Origin: Nannocystis bainbridge
Lineage (GTDB): Bacteria; Myxococcota_A; Polyangia; Nannocystales; Nannocystaceae
Direction: 5' to 3'
Assembly (NCBI RefSeq): GCF_028368995.1
Contig: NZ_JAQNDL010000002.1
Coordinates: forward strand, 1,536,001-1,600,000
Length of the DNA stretch: 64,000 nt
Position numbers and translations under genes: made by a program
Notes under the pieces: generated by a model
Databases searched by the model: none
What the model saw: only the letters and a program-made list of their open reading frames with translations
What the model was told of the DNA's origin: nothing
Shown: positions 49,481 through 60,583 of the stretch, one piece after another
How the letters are laid out: each line of letters opens with the position of its first letter
Numbering within the stretch: position 1 is the first letter of the stretch

Positions 49481-50749
49481 ATGCTTGGCCTGACTTGGTT
49501 GCGGGGCAGCGCGTGGATCGTCGTCGTCGCGGGCGCCGGCGGCTGCCAGATCTTGAACCCTGCCTTCGGCTTGCTCACCGACGGCGACAGCGACGGCGAC
49601 AGCGCGGCCTCGACAGGACCTGTCCTTACGACCAGCAGCGAGCCGACCACCAGCGACACCTCCGCCAGCGCCACCGATCCCGGCACCACCGTCAGCAGCG
49701 AGCCGCCCCTCACCACCAGCGTCGACACCGAAGACCTCACCGACACCGGCGTCGCCAGCGAGACGACCCTCGCCACCGATCCTGTCCCGCCCAGCTGCGG
49801 CGACGGCGTCCTCGATCCCGGCGAGGAGTGCGACGACGGCGACGGCGTCGACGGCGACGAGTGCACCAACAAGTGCACCCTCGCCGAGTGTGGCGACGGC
49901 ATCGTCCACGACGGCCAGGAGGAGTGCGACGCCGGCGGCGTCGATGCCGATCCGCTGTGCAACCCCGCGTGCCAGCTCGCCGAGTGCGGCGACGGCTTCA
50001 TCCAGCCGCCCGAGCAATGCGACGACACCAACGCCGACGAGTTCGACGGCTGCACCGGCGACTGTCAGCTCAGCTGCGGCGACGGCGTGTTCGATCCGGG
50101 GCGTGAGGAGTGCGATGCGAGCGACCCCGGCTTCGCCGAGCTCCTCGGCCTGTGCGACGAGCAGTGCGCCCTCAAGGCCTGCTTTCGCCTCACCAACACC
50201 GACGACAAGGATTTCCTCGACTCCGGTTGGTTCGACGCCTGCGCCACCGCTCCGGGCGAGCGGATCGCCGTCCTGTTGCGCGATCCCACCGGCGTCCAGT
50301 ACCTGCGGTTCGGCCACAAGCCGCCCTCGATCACCCCGTGGACCCCCTCGAAGATGACCTCCACCAAAGCGCCGCCCGAGCAGTGGAAGTTCGGCCAGCA
50401 CGATCGGCCCGTGGTCCTCATCGACCTCCTTTTCGACAAGCCCGGCCCGACCCCCGACGTGCTCTACGCCTTTGGCGACGACAGCCTGCCCAAGGTCAGC
50501 GACGCTGCGACTTGCCCCTCGAGCCTCGGCGACGGCTACGCGGTGGCGATCCTGCCCCAGGGCGGCACCACCCAGGCGCGCGTGCTGCTGATGCCCTTCG
50601 TCGGCACCAGCAAGGAGCGCAACCTCGGCGGCTGGCTCGCCACCGGCCCCGGCGTCGAGCTCTCGTACGACGACAGCCCCATGCCGCTGTGCAAGGTCGA
50701 GGACCCCCCGACCCCGTTCCTCGGCACCGTCGCCGTCGCCGTGTTCTGA
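49481..50749 (+). CDS. Myxococcus cysteine-rich repeat lipoprotein
   Basis: Four CGDG...E(E/Q)CD repeats after a Ser/Thr linker. Confidence 0.85.
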   Translation: MLGLTWLRGSAWIVVVAGAGGCQILNPAFGLLTDGDSDGDSAASTGPVLTTSSEPTTSDTSASATDPGTTVSSEPPLTTSVDTEDLTDTGVASETTLATDPVPPSCGDGVLDPGEECDDGDGVDGDECTNKCTLAECGDGIVHDGQEECDAGGVDADPLCNPACQLAECGDGFIQPPEQCDDTNADEFDGCTGDCQLSCGDGVFDPGREECDASDPGFAELLGLCDEQCALKACFRLTNTDDKDFLDSGWFDACATAPGERIAVLLRDPTGVQYLRFGHKPPSITPWTPSKMTSTKAPPEQWKFGQHDRPVVLIDLLFDKPGPTPDVLYAFGDDSLPKVSDAATCPSSLGDGYAVAILPQGGTTQARVLLMPFVGTSKERNLGGWLATGPGVELSYDDSPMPLCKVEDPPTPFLGTVAVAVF

Positions 50750-50827
50750 TCGACATGCCCGCGAGGACATGTCCTCGCGGTCATGCCCCTGAGAACATGC
50801 CCGCCGGGACATGCCCGTTCGGCCGCC

Positions 50828-52264
50828 TCAGCCCGGGCGGGTGCCGAAGCGCAGCCGGATCGCCTGGGCCCGGTACTCGAAGATGTCGCGCAGGCGCGGG
50901 CGCACGAACAGCGCGTCGGCGATCCGGCCGATCGGTCCCAGCGGCGGCCGGTAGTAGACCGTATCGTCCATCTGCGTCGCCCCCTCCCCGCGCGGCGTGA
51001 AGCGGTGCTCGTGCCACCACGCGGCGAACGGCCCGCGCGTCTGCACGTCGACGAACCGGCGCTCCGGCTCCCACAGCTCGAACTCGGTGGTCCAGCGCCG
51101 GCGCACCGGCCCGACCTGCAGCTCGTAGTCGATGTGACGCCCCGCCTCGACGATCAGCGGTCGCGGCGACTTGATCGTCATCACCGCCGCGCGCGGCGTC
51201 ATGATCCCGAGGTTCTCCGCCCGCGAGAAGAACCCGAACACCGCCGACAGCGGCGCCGCCAGCACCGTCGATTGCTGAAGCACCGTCGTCGGCGCGCGGC
51301 GGGCCAGGTACGGGCTCGTCGGCGCCATCTCGGCCCGCGCGAAGTCGGGCCGGTCACGGCCGCCGAACAGGTCGCTCAGGGCTGACGGCAGCGTCGGGAA
51401 CTGGAACGTGAACCCGAGCGCCAGCGTGCGCGCGGGGATGGCCCGCTGGCTGGCGACCAGCGCGTTCGCGGCCTCGCCCTTGGCGATCCGCAGCGCCAGG
51501 TAGGGCACCGGCAGGCGGGCCTTGCGACCCAGCGACTCGGCCAGCGCCTGCGAGAAGGCCAGATTGGTCACCGGCTGGGGCGCCACCGCCAGCACCGGCC
51601 CGGTGTAGCGGGCGTCGGTCGCCGCGGTCGTCAGCAGCTCGACGAGATCGTGGAGGTGGATCCATGGGAACCACTGCTCGCCCGAGCCCAGCGGCCCGCC
51701 GAGCCCCACGCGGAAGATCGGCAGCAATTGCTCGAGCACCCCACCGCCGTGCCCGAGCACCAGCCCGAGCCGCGGCGTGCACACCCGCACCCCGTGCGCC
51801 TCGGCCTTGTGGGCCGCCGCCTCCCACGCCTGGCACATCGAGCCGAGGAAATCGTCGGCCGGGCGCGACGTCTCGTCGAGCTCCTCGTCGCCGCGATCCC
51901 CGTAGTAGCCGACCGCCGACGCCGACACGAGCACCTGCGGTCGCGGCTCCGACCTGGCGATCGCTCGCACCAGCATCTCGGTCAGCGCGACGCGGCTGTC
52001 CCAAAGTTCACGTTTGCGCGCCGCCGTCCACCGCCCGACCCCGACCGACTCGCCCGCCAGGTGGATCACCGCCTCGCAGCCCGTCAGCGCGCGGACCAGC
52101 GCCGCCTCGTCGCCTGCGGCCACCAGATCGACCTCGGCGCCCAGCAGATCGGCCGCGCGCCGCGGCGACCGCACCCAGGCCCGCACGTGGTGCCCGTCTC
52201 GCAGCAATCGGAGGACCAGCGCCCGTCCGACGAACCCCGTCGCGCCCGTGACCAGAATGTGCAT
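50828..52264 (-). CDS. NAD-dependent epimerase (YfcH/TIGR01777-like) fused to an SRPBCC domain
   Basis: ILVTGATGFVG, SASAVGYYG, GSGEQWFPWIH; C-terminal FVDVQTRGPFAAWWHEHRF. Confidence 0.9.
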   Translation of the reverse strand: MHILVTGATGFVGRALVLRLLRDGHHVRAWVRSPRRAADLLGAEVDLVAAGDEAALVRALTGCEAVIHLAGESVGVGRWTAARKRELWDSRVALTEMLVRAIARSEPRPQVLVSASAVGYYGDRGDEELDETSRPADDFLGSMCQAWEAAAHKAEAHGVRVCTPRLGLVLGHGGGVLEQLLPIFRVGLGGPLGSGEQWFPWIHLHDLVELLTTAATDARYTGPVLAVAPQPVTNLAFSQALAESLGRKARLPVPYLALRIAKGEAANALVASQRAIPARTLALGFTFQFPTLPSALSDLFGGRDRPDFARAEMAPTSPYLARRAPTTVLQQSTVLAAPLSAVFGFFSRAENLGIMTPRAAVMTIKSPRPLIVEAGRHIDYELQVGPVRRRWTTEFELWEPERRFVDVQTRGPFAAWWHEHRFTPRGEGATQMDDTVYYRPPLGPIGRIADALFVRPRLRDIFEYRAQAIRLRFGTRPG

Positions 52265-52685
52265 GAAACCCCTGCTGTCGGCCGGGACCATGACACACGC
52301 CGGCCGACCGTCAAGCGCGCACCGACCGGACCGCCTGCAGCGCGTCCCACGGTCGCGGTCGTCGCCACCGCGAACACGAGCCCCGAGCGGCGCGACTCGC
52401 CACGATCCTCCGCACGCGCCCGACGCAGCGCAGCGAGCACGAGTCCCGGATGCGAGCCCCGCGATCCTAAGCACTGGCGAGCCATCGCCGCCCGCTCCGC
52501 TGCACGCCGACGCTCCGCGCCGCCCGCCGCGGCTCTGTGCGACGAACCTCGCCCGACGTCACCGCCGGGGGCCGGCGGCCGCCTGCGCGCACACGATCGC
52601 CGGCCGCACGCTCGCGCGCCCTGGACTGCCCGGGGACCCCCCGCTGGACAGCGCCCCTCCGATCTCATCCACTGTGCGCGCGACG

Positions 52686-53537
52686 ATGCCTCGCCTCACC
52701 GACCTCCTCCGTCCCGCCGCCGACGCGGCCGTGTTCTCTGCCCATGGCCGCGGCTTCGCCGGCTCGGTCGACCGCGCCGTCGTCCTGCTCGCCACGGTCG
52801 CCGGCCTCGCCTGTCCTTACGGACCTGTCCTTTGGTACAAGTCACTCCTGCTCGCCTTCGCCGGGGTCGCCGGCCTCGTGCTGCTCGGGGCCGGCGGCGC
52901 CACGGTGGTCGCCGCCCTGCGCGGCCGGCGGATCCAGGGCCCGCGCAAGCGCGCCGCGCTGATCGGCCGCAGCGCCGGCGACACCGCCCTCGCCGCCTGG
53001 ATCGCCGCCTGCTTCGCCGCCTGGCCGATGGCCCGCGCCGACGCTGGTGAGCCGATCGGCCTCGTGTGGTCGCTCGCCGAGGCCGGCGGGCTGTCGGCCG
53101 TCGTCTGGCAGACCCTGCTCGGCGTGCTCGTCCTCGACGCCTGGCTGTACTGGAAGCACCGCCTGCTGCACACGCGCCTGCTGTTCCCGTTCCACCGCGG
53201 CCACCACGTCTACCGCGACCCCACCCCGTTCGCCGGCTTCGCCGTCGGCCCCGTCGAATCGGTCATGACCTTCTGGCCGATCCTCCTGGTCGCGTTCCCG
53301 TGGGCCACCCATTTCGGCCCGACCTACGTCGCCCTGGTCGTGGGATTCGTGCTGCTCAATTATTATTTGCACTGCGGCGTCACCTACCGCGCCTTGGAGG
53401 CCACGCTGCCGCGCCTGTTCGTCAACACCTCGGCGTTCCACAACCGCCACCACGCCAACGCCGAGGTCAACTTCGGCGAGGCGCTGACGCTGTGGGACCA
53501 CATCTGTCGCACGCGGGCCGAGGACCGGCGGCGCTAG
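52686..53537 (+). CDS. Sterol desaturase / fatty acid hydroxylase family
   Basis: His boxes HRLLH, HRGHH, FHNRHH; NFG..WD. Confidence 0.85.
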   Translation: MPRLTDLLRPAADAAVFSAHGRGFAGSVDRAVVLLATVAGLACPYGPVLWYKSLLLAFAGVAGLVLLGAGGATVVAALRGRRIQGPRKRAALIGRSAGDTALAAWIAACFAAWPMARADAGEPIGLVWSLAEAGGLSAVVWQTLLGVLVLDAWLYWKHRLLHTRLLFPFHRGHHVYRDPTPFAGFAVGPVESVMTFWPILLVAFPWATHFGPTYVALVVGFVLLNYYLHCGVTYRALEATLPRLFVNTSAFHNRHHANAEVNFGEALTLWDHICRTRAEDRRR

Positions 53538-53640
53538 GGCGGTGCTCGCCGGCCGCGGGCGCTCACTCCAGCACCCGCCCCGGTCGCTGGCGCCGGCGCC
53601 GCCTGCCCGTCCGGGCTCGCTTCCGATATCCTGCCGACGC

Positions 53641-56169
53641 ATGACGCCGCAGCACGAACCCGGCCAGGCCCGTCCGTTCCGCGTGATGAAGTTCGGCGGC
53701 AGCTCGGTCGGCGCCGCCGATCGCCTGTTCCAGGCCCTCGACCTGATCGCCCGCGAGCGCGACAACGGCCCGGTCGCCGTCGTCGTCTCGGCCATGGCCG
53801 ACACCACCGATCGCCTGATCGCCGCCGTCGACGCCGCCGCCGCCGGCCTGCCGGGCGACCCCCACGTCGACGCCATCGAGGCGCTGGTCGCCAACGTCGC
53901 ACATGACCTCACGGACAGGCTCGAACGCGCAGGTCTCTTGAAACATGTCCCCGAGGACATGTCCTCCGCGATCGCCGAGCTGATGCGCCCGCTGCGGCAG
54001 CTGCTGCTCGGCGTCGGCCTCGTGCGCGAGCGGACCTTGCAGACCCGCGACCTCGCGCTGTCGTTCGGCGAGCGGGCCAGCGTCCTGGTCGTGCAGCGCC
54101 TGCTGGTCGCGCGCGGCGTCGCGGCCGTCGGCGTCGACGCCCGCGACTGGACCGTCACCGACGACCGCTTCGGCCAGGCCACCCCCGATCTGGCCGCCTC
54201 GGCGCTGCAGCTCGGCGCCCTGTCGGTCGCGTGGAGCGGCGCCGTCAGCGTGCACACCGGCTTCCTCGGCCGCACCCGCGACGGTCGCAGCACGACGCTC
54301 GGCCGCAACGGCTCCGACTACACCGCCGCCCTGCTGGCCCAGATCCTCGGCGCCGCCGAGCTGCAGATCTGGACCGACGTCTCCGGGGTCATGACCGCCG
54401 ATCCCGAGCTCGTGCTCGAGGCCTACCCGGTCGCCCACCTCAGCCAGGCCGAGGCGCTCGAGCTCGGCGACCTCGGCATGATCTTGCACCCGCGGACCAT
54501 GTCGCCGCTGATCGAGGCCCAGATCCCGCTGCGCGTGCGCAACACGGCCCGCCCCGACGATCCGGGCACCCTCATCGACGCCGTCGGCAACCGCGACGAG
54601 CGGCGCCCGGTCTGCGTCGTCTCGACCGAGGACCTCGCGCTCCTCGACCTCGAGACCCGGCGCCGCCTCGGCCACGAGCGGATCGGCGAGCGAGCCCTGC
54701 GCGCGCTCGCCAACGCCGGCGTGCCCGTGTGGGTCGGCACCTCGGCCCCGCGCGATCGGGCCTTCGCCGTCGCCGTCGCCCGCCAGGACGCCGCCCTCGC
54801 CGAGGCCGCCCTCGCCGCCGAGTTCGGCCGCGCCGCCGACGGCGAGCCGATCGACCTCGCCCCGATCCGCGTGCGTCAGCCCGTCACCCTCCTCACCCTC
54901 GTCGGCGAGGCCATGGGTCGCACCGCCAACGTCGCCGGCCGGTTCTTCGGCGCGCTCGGCCAGATCGGCGTGCTCGTCCGCGCCAGCGCCCAGGGGGCCG
55001 GCGAGCGCTCGATCTCCGCCGTCGTCGACGGCGACGACACCGCCACCGCCGTGCGCACCGTCCACGCCGCCTTCAACCTCGCCGCCCAGGAGGTCAACCT
55101 CCTCGTCCTCGGCAAGGGCACCGTCGGCCGCGAGCTCCTCTATCAGTTGACCGCCCAGCAGCGCGCGCTGGCCGAGCACCAGGACGTCCTGATCAAGCTC
55201 GCCGGCGTCGCCGACAGTCGACGCGTCGTGTTCGACCCCGGCGGCATCCCGCTCGCGCGCTGGGAGGCGCGGCTGCAGGAGTCGCATGTCCCTCCGGACA
55301 TCTCGGCCCTGCTCGAGCGCCTGCGTCGCCTGCCCGTGCCGATCCTCGTCGACTGCACCGCCGAGGACACCACCGCCGTCTACGAGGCCGCGCTCGCGCT
55401 CGGCATCCACGTCGTCAGCGCCAACAAGCGCCCGCTCGCCGCCACCTGGCCCGTGAGACAGGGCCTCATGGACATGGCCCGCAAGCGCCATCGCCGGTGG
55501 GAGTACGAGACCACCGTCGGCGCCAGCTTGCCGGTGATCGACACCCTCAAGGGCCTCGTGCGCACCGGCGACACCATCCTCCGCATCGAGGGCAGCTTCT
55601 CCGGCACCCTCGGCTACCTCGCCGGCGAGCTGTCGCGCGGCGTCCCGCTGTCGCACGCCGTGCGCGACGCCCGGGCTCGCGGCTACACCGAGCCGCACCC
55701 GCGGGACGACCTGTCCGGCCTCGACGTCGCGCGCAAGGCCCTGATCCTCGCCCGCGAGCTCGGCCTCCAGCTCGACCTCGACGCCGTCGTCGTCGAGCCG
55801 TTCGCCCCGCCCGAGGCGCTCGGCCACGACGACCTCGAGCGGTTCTTCCTCGCCCTCGCCGAGCACGACGCCGCCGTCGCCGCCCGCATCGAGCGCATGC
55901 AGAAGGCCGGCCGCGTCCTCCGCTACCTCGCCCAGATCGATCCATCGGCCCCCGCCGGCGCCCCGGCCGTGCGCGTCGGCCCCGTCGAGGTCGAGCCCGA
56001 TCACCCCGCCGCTCGCCTGCGCGGCACCGAGGCCTTCGTCGCCTTCACCACCGATCGCCACCGCGCCTACCCGCTGCTCGTCCAGGGCGCCGGGGCTGGC
56101 GGCGCCGTCACGGCCGCCGGCGTGCTCACCGACATCCTCAAGATCGCCATGTCCCTGCGTGGTCGCTGA
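53641..56169 (+). CDS. thrA: Bifunctional aspartokinase / homoserine dehydrogenase
   Basis: KFGGSS, VVSAM, TTLGRNGSDYTA, ACT domains, GKGTVG, YETTVGASLP, GYTEPHPRDDLSG. Confidence 0.93.
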   Translation: MTPQHEPGQARPFRVMKFGGSSVGAADRLFQALDLIARERDNGPVAVVVSAMADTTDRLIAAVDAAAAGLPGDPHVDAIEALVANVAHDLTDRLERAGLLKHVPEDMSSAIAELMRPLRQLLLGVGLVRERTLQTRDLALSFGERASVLVVQRLLVARGVAAVGVDARDWTVTDDRFGQATPDLAASALQLGALSVAWSGAVSVHTGFLGRTRDGRSTTLGRNGSDYTAALLAQILGAAELQIWTDVSGVMTADPELVLEAYPVAHLSQAEALELGDLGMILHPRTMSPLIEAQIPLRVRNTARPDDPGTLIDAVGNRDERRPVCVVSTEDLALLDLETRRRLGHERIGERALRALANAGVPVWVGTSAPRDRAFAVAVARQDAALAEAALAAEFGRAADGEPIDLAPIRVRQPVTLLTLVGEAMGRTANVAGRFFGALGQIGVLVRASAQGAGERSISAVVDGDDTATAVRTVHAAFNLAAQEVNLLVLGKGTVGRELLYQLTAQQRALAEHQDVLIKLAGVADSRRVVFDPGGIPLARWEARLQESHVPPDISALLERLRRLPVPILVDCTAEDTTAVYEAALALGIHVVSANKRPLAATWPVRQGLMDMARKRHRRWEYETTVGASLPVIDTLKGLVRTGDTILRIEGSFSGTLGYLAGELSRGVPLSHAVRDARARGYTEPHPRDDLSGLDVARKALILARELGLQLDLDAVVVEPFAPPEALGHDDLERFFLALAEHDAAVAARIERMQKAGRVLRYLAQIDPSAPAGAPAVRVGPVEVEPDHPAARLRGTEAFVAFTTDRHRAYPLLVQGAGAGGAVTAAGVLTDILKIAMSLRGR

Positions 56170-57344
56170 TGGCCAACCTCGGCTACATCCAGGTCGTCCG
56201 CCACTGCAACCACTTCTGCGGGTTCTGCAGCAACCCCGCCACCCCCTACGTCCACACCCTCGAGTCGATGCAGGCGCTCGTCGACGACCTCGTCGCGCGC
56301 GACTACTTCGGCGTCATCCTCACCGGCGGCGAGCCGACGCTGCACCCCGAGCTGCCGGCGATCGCCGCCTACGCCAGCGGTCGCGGCCTCGACGTCCGCC
56401 TCATCACCAACGGCACCCGCCTCGCCGATCCGACCTTCGCGCGCGCCCTCGCCGACGCCGGCGTGCGCCGCGTCCACGTCTCGATCTACTCCGTCGTCCC
56501 CGAGGTCGAGGCCCGCCTGCGCGGCGCCGCCGGCACCCTCGAAAAGGCCTTCGCCGCCCTCGATCGCGCCCACGAGGTCGGCATCGACGTCCACGTCAAC
56601 TGCGTCATCAACCGCCTCAACGCCGACCACCTCGATCGCAACGTCCGCCACATCCTCGCCCATCACCCGCACGTCCGTCACTTCGTGTGGAACAACCTCG
56701 ACCCCTCGATGGGCCGCGCCGAGGTCAACCAGGCCGAGTTCGTCCCCCGCCTCGAACAGTTCGAGCTGTCGCTCGCGCGGGCCCTGCGGCTGCTGCACGC
56801 CAGCGGCCGCACCTTCCGCGTCGAGAAGGTCCCGCTCTGCTACATGGGCGAGTTCGCGTGGGCCAGCACCGAGACGCGCAAGATCGTCAAGGGCGAGGAG
56901 CGCGTGGTCCATTTCCTCGACGACAAGCAGACCGTGCGCCAGACCGCCTGGGGCCACCTCTACGCGCCCGCCTGCGGCCCCTGTCGCCTGCGCCCGATCT
57001 GCGGCGGCCTGTTCGATCGCGGCGCCGCCTATGACCCCGCCGAGCTCGCGCCGCAGTTCGTCGATCCCGAGCCGGTCGTGCGCGCGATCCTCGACGACCC
57101 CAGCGACCCCACCGTCTCCGACCGCACGCTCTCGTCCTGGCGCGAGGAGTTCCGCCGCCACGGCGCCGCCCGCACCGCCGTCTCGGCCGAGCCTGCCGCC
57201 CCGCCGCGCGCGCCCGAGGCCCCGCCCGTCGGCCAGATCACCGTCGAGGGCGTGCGCCTGTATCAGGCCCGCCGCCGCGCCGAGGCCCGCAAGGCGGGCA
57301 CCCTCGGCGTGCGCCAGGAGCCCGGCCGCGACGACGACGCTTGA
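56169..57344 (+). CDS. Radical SAM protein with C-terminal Cys cluster
   Basis: CNHFCGFC, LTGGEPT, ITNG; C-terminal CGPCRLRPIC; TGATG overlap with thrA. Confidence 0.88.
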   Translation: MANLGYIQVVRHCNHFCGFCSNPATPYVHTLESMQALVDDLVARDYFGVILTGGEPTLHPELPAIAAYASGRGLDVRLITNGTRLADPTFARALADAGVRRVHVSIYSVVPEVEARLRGAAGTLEKAFAALDRAHEVGIDVHVNCVINRLNADHLDRNVRHILAHHPHVRHFVWNNLDPSMGRAEVNQAEFVPRLEQFELSLARALRLLHASGRTFRVEKVPLCYMGEFAWASTETRKIVKGEERVVHFLDDKQTVRQTAWGHLYAPACGPCRLRPICGGLFDRGAAYDPAELAPQFVDPEPVVRAILDDPSDPTVSDRTLSSWREEFRRHGAARTAVSAEPAAPPRAPEAPPVGQITVEGVRLYQARRRAEARKAGTLGVRQEPGRDDDA

Positions 57345-57510
57345 CCCATAGGACATGTGTGAACAAACATGTCCGATCTACCATGTCTCTTGCGCCATGG
57401 CCTTTGGCCTATGTCCTTCAGGACCTGCACATCAGAGCATGTTCTCTGGGACATGGCCCTTGATCTCCATGCAAAAGGACATGTCCGATAAGACATGTCA
57501 CATGCGCGGC
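57345..57510. repeat. Intergenic cluster of GACATGTC and variants
   Basis: Exact copies at 57478 and 57492 plus several one- or two-mismatch variants in a lower-GC stretch. Confidence 0.7.
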
Positions 57511-57574
57511 ATCGCCAGCCGCGCCATCCGCTGCCCCTCGCCTCGCTCACCCCGTGAGTGACAGGCCGCGGGCG

Positions 57575-58795
57575 TCAGCAGTCCTTCGCGACCCGGGAGC
57601 GCCGCCGCGACCGCAGCAGCCCGAGCCCCAGCAGCAGCCACGCCCACGGCGCGCTCGGAGCCCGGCTGTCGCACGCGCACCCGTGCTCGACCAGCCCGTC
57701 TTGCCCGCCCGACGCCGAGTTCCCCGTCCCCTCCGAGCCGTCGCTCCCGTCCGACCCGTCGCTCCCGGGCCCGCTCGTCGGCCCCTCGGTCGGATCGCCG
57801 CTCGTCTCCCCCCCGCCGGGCCACGGCGTGCAGGCCCCCGGATCCCAGCGGTCCCCCGCTTCGCCGATCTCGCACGTATACGCCGTCGACGCGCAGGCCT
57901 CGGTCAGCGCCGCCGACGGATCGATCACCTGCTCGCCGAGCTGCGCCACGATCTCGGGCTCGCTGCCGTGGCAGACCGCCTCGCTCGTCACCACCTCGCC
58001 GGTCGCCACGTTCGTCAGCCGCACCGCCGTGCAGAACGCCACCTCGCTCCCCGCGCGCAGCGCATCGTCGAGCTCGGGCAGGCCCGGCTCGCCGTCGACC
58101 ACCGCCTGCCGAACCACCAGCGCCGCCGTCGCCGGCGGCAGCCCGGTGTCGACCTTCATCTCCACCAGCAGCACCCCCAGGCCCCGCGTCACCGCGCAGA
58201 AGCCCTCCTCCCAGCCGACGCCTCCCGCCGAGCCGCAGTACGAATCGAACTGCCCCGGCATCGCCCCGTCGCAGCACACCAGGCTCGCCAGCTCTTCGCG
58301 CTCGTGCAGGTTCACCTCCGCCGTGCGCTCGACCAGCGGCGGCCCCAGCGGCGTCGAGGGCTCGGCCACGACCGTGAAGTCGAACGCGAGATCGAAGTCG
58401 AACGAGCAGTACTCGAAATTGTCGTAGTCCGGGTTGTCGACCTCGCCGGTCACTTTGTAATCACCCGGCGTCAGCGGCTCCGCCGGCCGCCACACCAGCA
58501 ACCCGTGGAAGCCCGAAGCCTCGATCGCGCCGGCGATCGGCTGGCCGTCGAGCGTGACCGAAAGATCGATCGTGGCGAGCCAGTCCTCGTCCGGTTCGTC
58601 CCCGAAGCGCGCCCCCTGCAGCAGCAGCACCCCGTCGGTCGGGATGGCCCCGGCGTTGAGCGGATCGAGTGACTGCCACACCTCCGCGTACGCGCACGGG
58701 TCCGGCGTGCACGCGGAGGCCTCGTTGGGAAACACGACCGCCGCGCCGGCCAGCGCCACGGTCATCGCCTGGATCGAGGATTTTTTAAAAGCCAT
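57575..58795 (-). CDS. Secreted Cys-rich MYXO-CTERM protein (paralog 1)
   Basis: Signal peptide; ends HGCAC..WLLLGLGLLRSRRR. Confidence 0.85.
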   Translation of the reverse strand: MAFKKSSIQAMTVALAGAAVVFPNEASACTPDPCAYAEVWQSLDPLNAGAIPTDGVLLLQGARFGDEPDEDWLATIDLSVTLDGQPIAGAIEASGFHGLLVWRPAEPLTPGDYKVTGEVDNPDYDNFEYCSFDFDLAFDFTVVAEPSTPLGPPLVERTAEVNLHEREELASLVCCDGAMPGQFDSYCGSAGGVGWEEGFCAVTRGLGVLLVEMKVDTGLPPATAALVVRQAVVDGEPGLPELDDALRAGSEVAFCTAVRLTNVATGEVVTSEAVCHGSEPEIVAQLGEQVIDPSAALTEACASTAYTCEIGEAGDRWDPGACTPWPGGGETSGDPTEGPTSGPGSDGSDGSDGSEGTGNSASGGQDGLVEHGCACDSRAPSAPWAWLLLGLGLLRSRRRSRVAKDC

Positions 58796-58888
58796 GCCCT
58801 CACCGGATGCACGTCGCGGGCCACGGCCCCCGAGGTCCTCGCGCCGGGGCCGCGACGCCGCGGACTCTCACATGTCCTTCGGGACATC

Positions 58889-60139
58889 TCACCGCCGGCG
58901 CCGACGCGGCCCCAGCAGTCCGAGTCCCAGCAGCATCCACGCCCACGAACCACTCGAGCCCCGGCTGTCGCACGCGCATCCGTGGTCGACCAGCCCGTCC
59001 TGCCCGCCGGACGCCGAGTCACCGGTGCTCTCCGAGCCGTCGCTCCCCTCGCTGCCGTCCGAGCCCTCGGTCCCCGGCCCGCCGGTCGTCGGCCCCGCCG
59101 TCGGATCGCCGGTCGGATCGCCCGTGGGATCGCCGGTCGTCTCGCCGCCGGCTGGCCACGGCGTGCACTTCTCGGCGTCCCACCTGTCCGCGTCGACCTC
59201 GCAGGTGTAGGCCGGGCCCGCGCACTGGGCCTTCAACTCGGGCGACAGATCGATGGCGTGATCGCCGAGGGACGCCTCCGCCTCCGGGCCGAACCCATGA
59301 CATGTCTCTTCGGACAGCACCGTCTCGCCGGTGGCGATGTTGCGCAGCTGGACCACCGTGCAGAACGGCTTCGGGCCGAAGGCCAGCAACCCGTCGCCGA
59401 ACTGAGCCGCGGTCGACGTGCCGTCGACCAGCAGCTCGCGCACCACCAGCCCCTGCGTCGCCGGCGGCAGATCGAGCTCGGCCGACACCTGCACGTGCAG
59501 CGTCCCGAACCCGCGCGCGGAGGCGCAGAACCCCTCGTCCCACTCGACGTACGTCTCCGCGCCGCCGCAGTCGAACGTGTAGGTGTAGGGCATCGCCCCG
59601 TCGCAGCACACGAAGTCCGCCAGATCGTCGCTCCTGGCCACCAGCACCTGCTCGGTCGCCGTCGTCTTCGGCGGCGCCAGCGGGGCCGACGGCTCCGCCT
59701 CGACCGTGAACCCGAAGTCGAGCATCAGCACGTCGGGCGCACAACCGTCGTAGTAGGGCTCCGCGTCGGGGTTGTCGAGGCTGCCGACCGCCTGATATGC
59801 CCCGGGCTGGAGCGGCTCCGCCGGCCGCCACACCAGCACGTCGCGCACGCCCCCCGCCTCGACCGCGCCCGCGATCGGCTGCCCGTCGCGCGTGACCGTC
59901 AGCTCGATCTTGTCGAGCCAGTCCGTCTCGGACGAGTCGCCCGAGCGCGCGCCCTGCAGCACCAGCACGCCGTCGACGGGGATCGCCCCCGGGTTGAGCG
60001 CCTCGAGCGAGCTCCAGGCGTCGACGAGATAACAGTAGTCCGGCGAGCACGCCTCGGCCTCGTTCGGCACCAGGGCCGCACCGGCCAGCGCGAGGGTCAT
60101 CGCCGTGATCGAAGCAGAGTTTTTAAGCGAAGAAGCCAT
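58889..60139 (-). CDS. Secreted Cys-rich MYXO-CTERM protein (paralog 2)
   Basis: Colinear similarity with 57575-58795 (LVWRPAEPL, VCCDGAMP, SASGGQDGLV.HGCAC). Confidence 0.85.
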   Translation of the reverse strand: MASSLKNSASITAMTLALAGAALVPNEAEACSPDYCYLVDAWSSLEALNPGAIPVDGVLVLQGARSGDSSETDWLDKIELTVTRDGQPIAGAVEAGGVRDVLVWRPAEPLQPGAYQAVGSLDNPDAEPYYDGCAPDVLMLDFGFTVEAEPSAPLAPPKTTATEQVLVARSDDLADFVCCDGAMPYTYTFDCGGAETYVEWDEGFCASARGFGTLHVQVSAELDLPPATQGLVVRELLVDGTSTAAQFGDGLLAFGPKPFCTVVQLRNIATGETVLSEETCHGFGPEAEASLGDHAIDLSPELKAQCAGPAYTCEVDADRWDAEKCTPWPAGGETTGDPTGDPTGDPTAGPTTGGPGTEGSDGSEGSDGSESTGDSASGGQDGLVDHGCACDSRGSSGSWAWMLLGLGLLGPRRRRR

Positions 60140-60583
60140 GCGCCGACCTTAGCCCAATCGCCTCATGCCTGCACGTATCCGCCGATGCGCGCGACGGCTC
60201 GCGCGACGCCCCTACGAACGGCGTCACCCTCACGACGCCGGTGTCAGACCATGATCGCCGGATCCGGTCGACAGGCCCCGACCACGCGCGCTCCAGTCCT
60301 GACATGTCCGTGGCGGCTGTGCCATCGGACGTGCCTGACGCGCTCACTCTCCACCATGCGATGGCGCCCGCCCTGGCCTTCGCATCATGTGTGCTCGGAC
60401 ATGTCCGAAGAACAATGTCTGATGCGACATGTCGTGGGGAGCATGGCCTTTCGGGCATGCTCCCAGAGACATATTCTGGGCTACATCTCGCTCGAACACG
60501 ACCCGGCCGGCCCAAAAAGCCAGGCCGAACCCGATGCGCGGCGGCCTCACCTCCGCCGCCGCTTTCGCCTCCCCTCGCCGCGC

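Noticed and set aside
54231-56168. Apparent long N-terminal extension of the radical SAM ORF
   Set aside because: An off-frame read of thrA; the real start is the ATG at 56169
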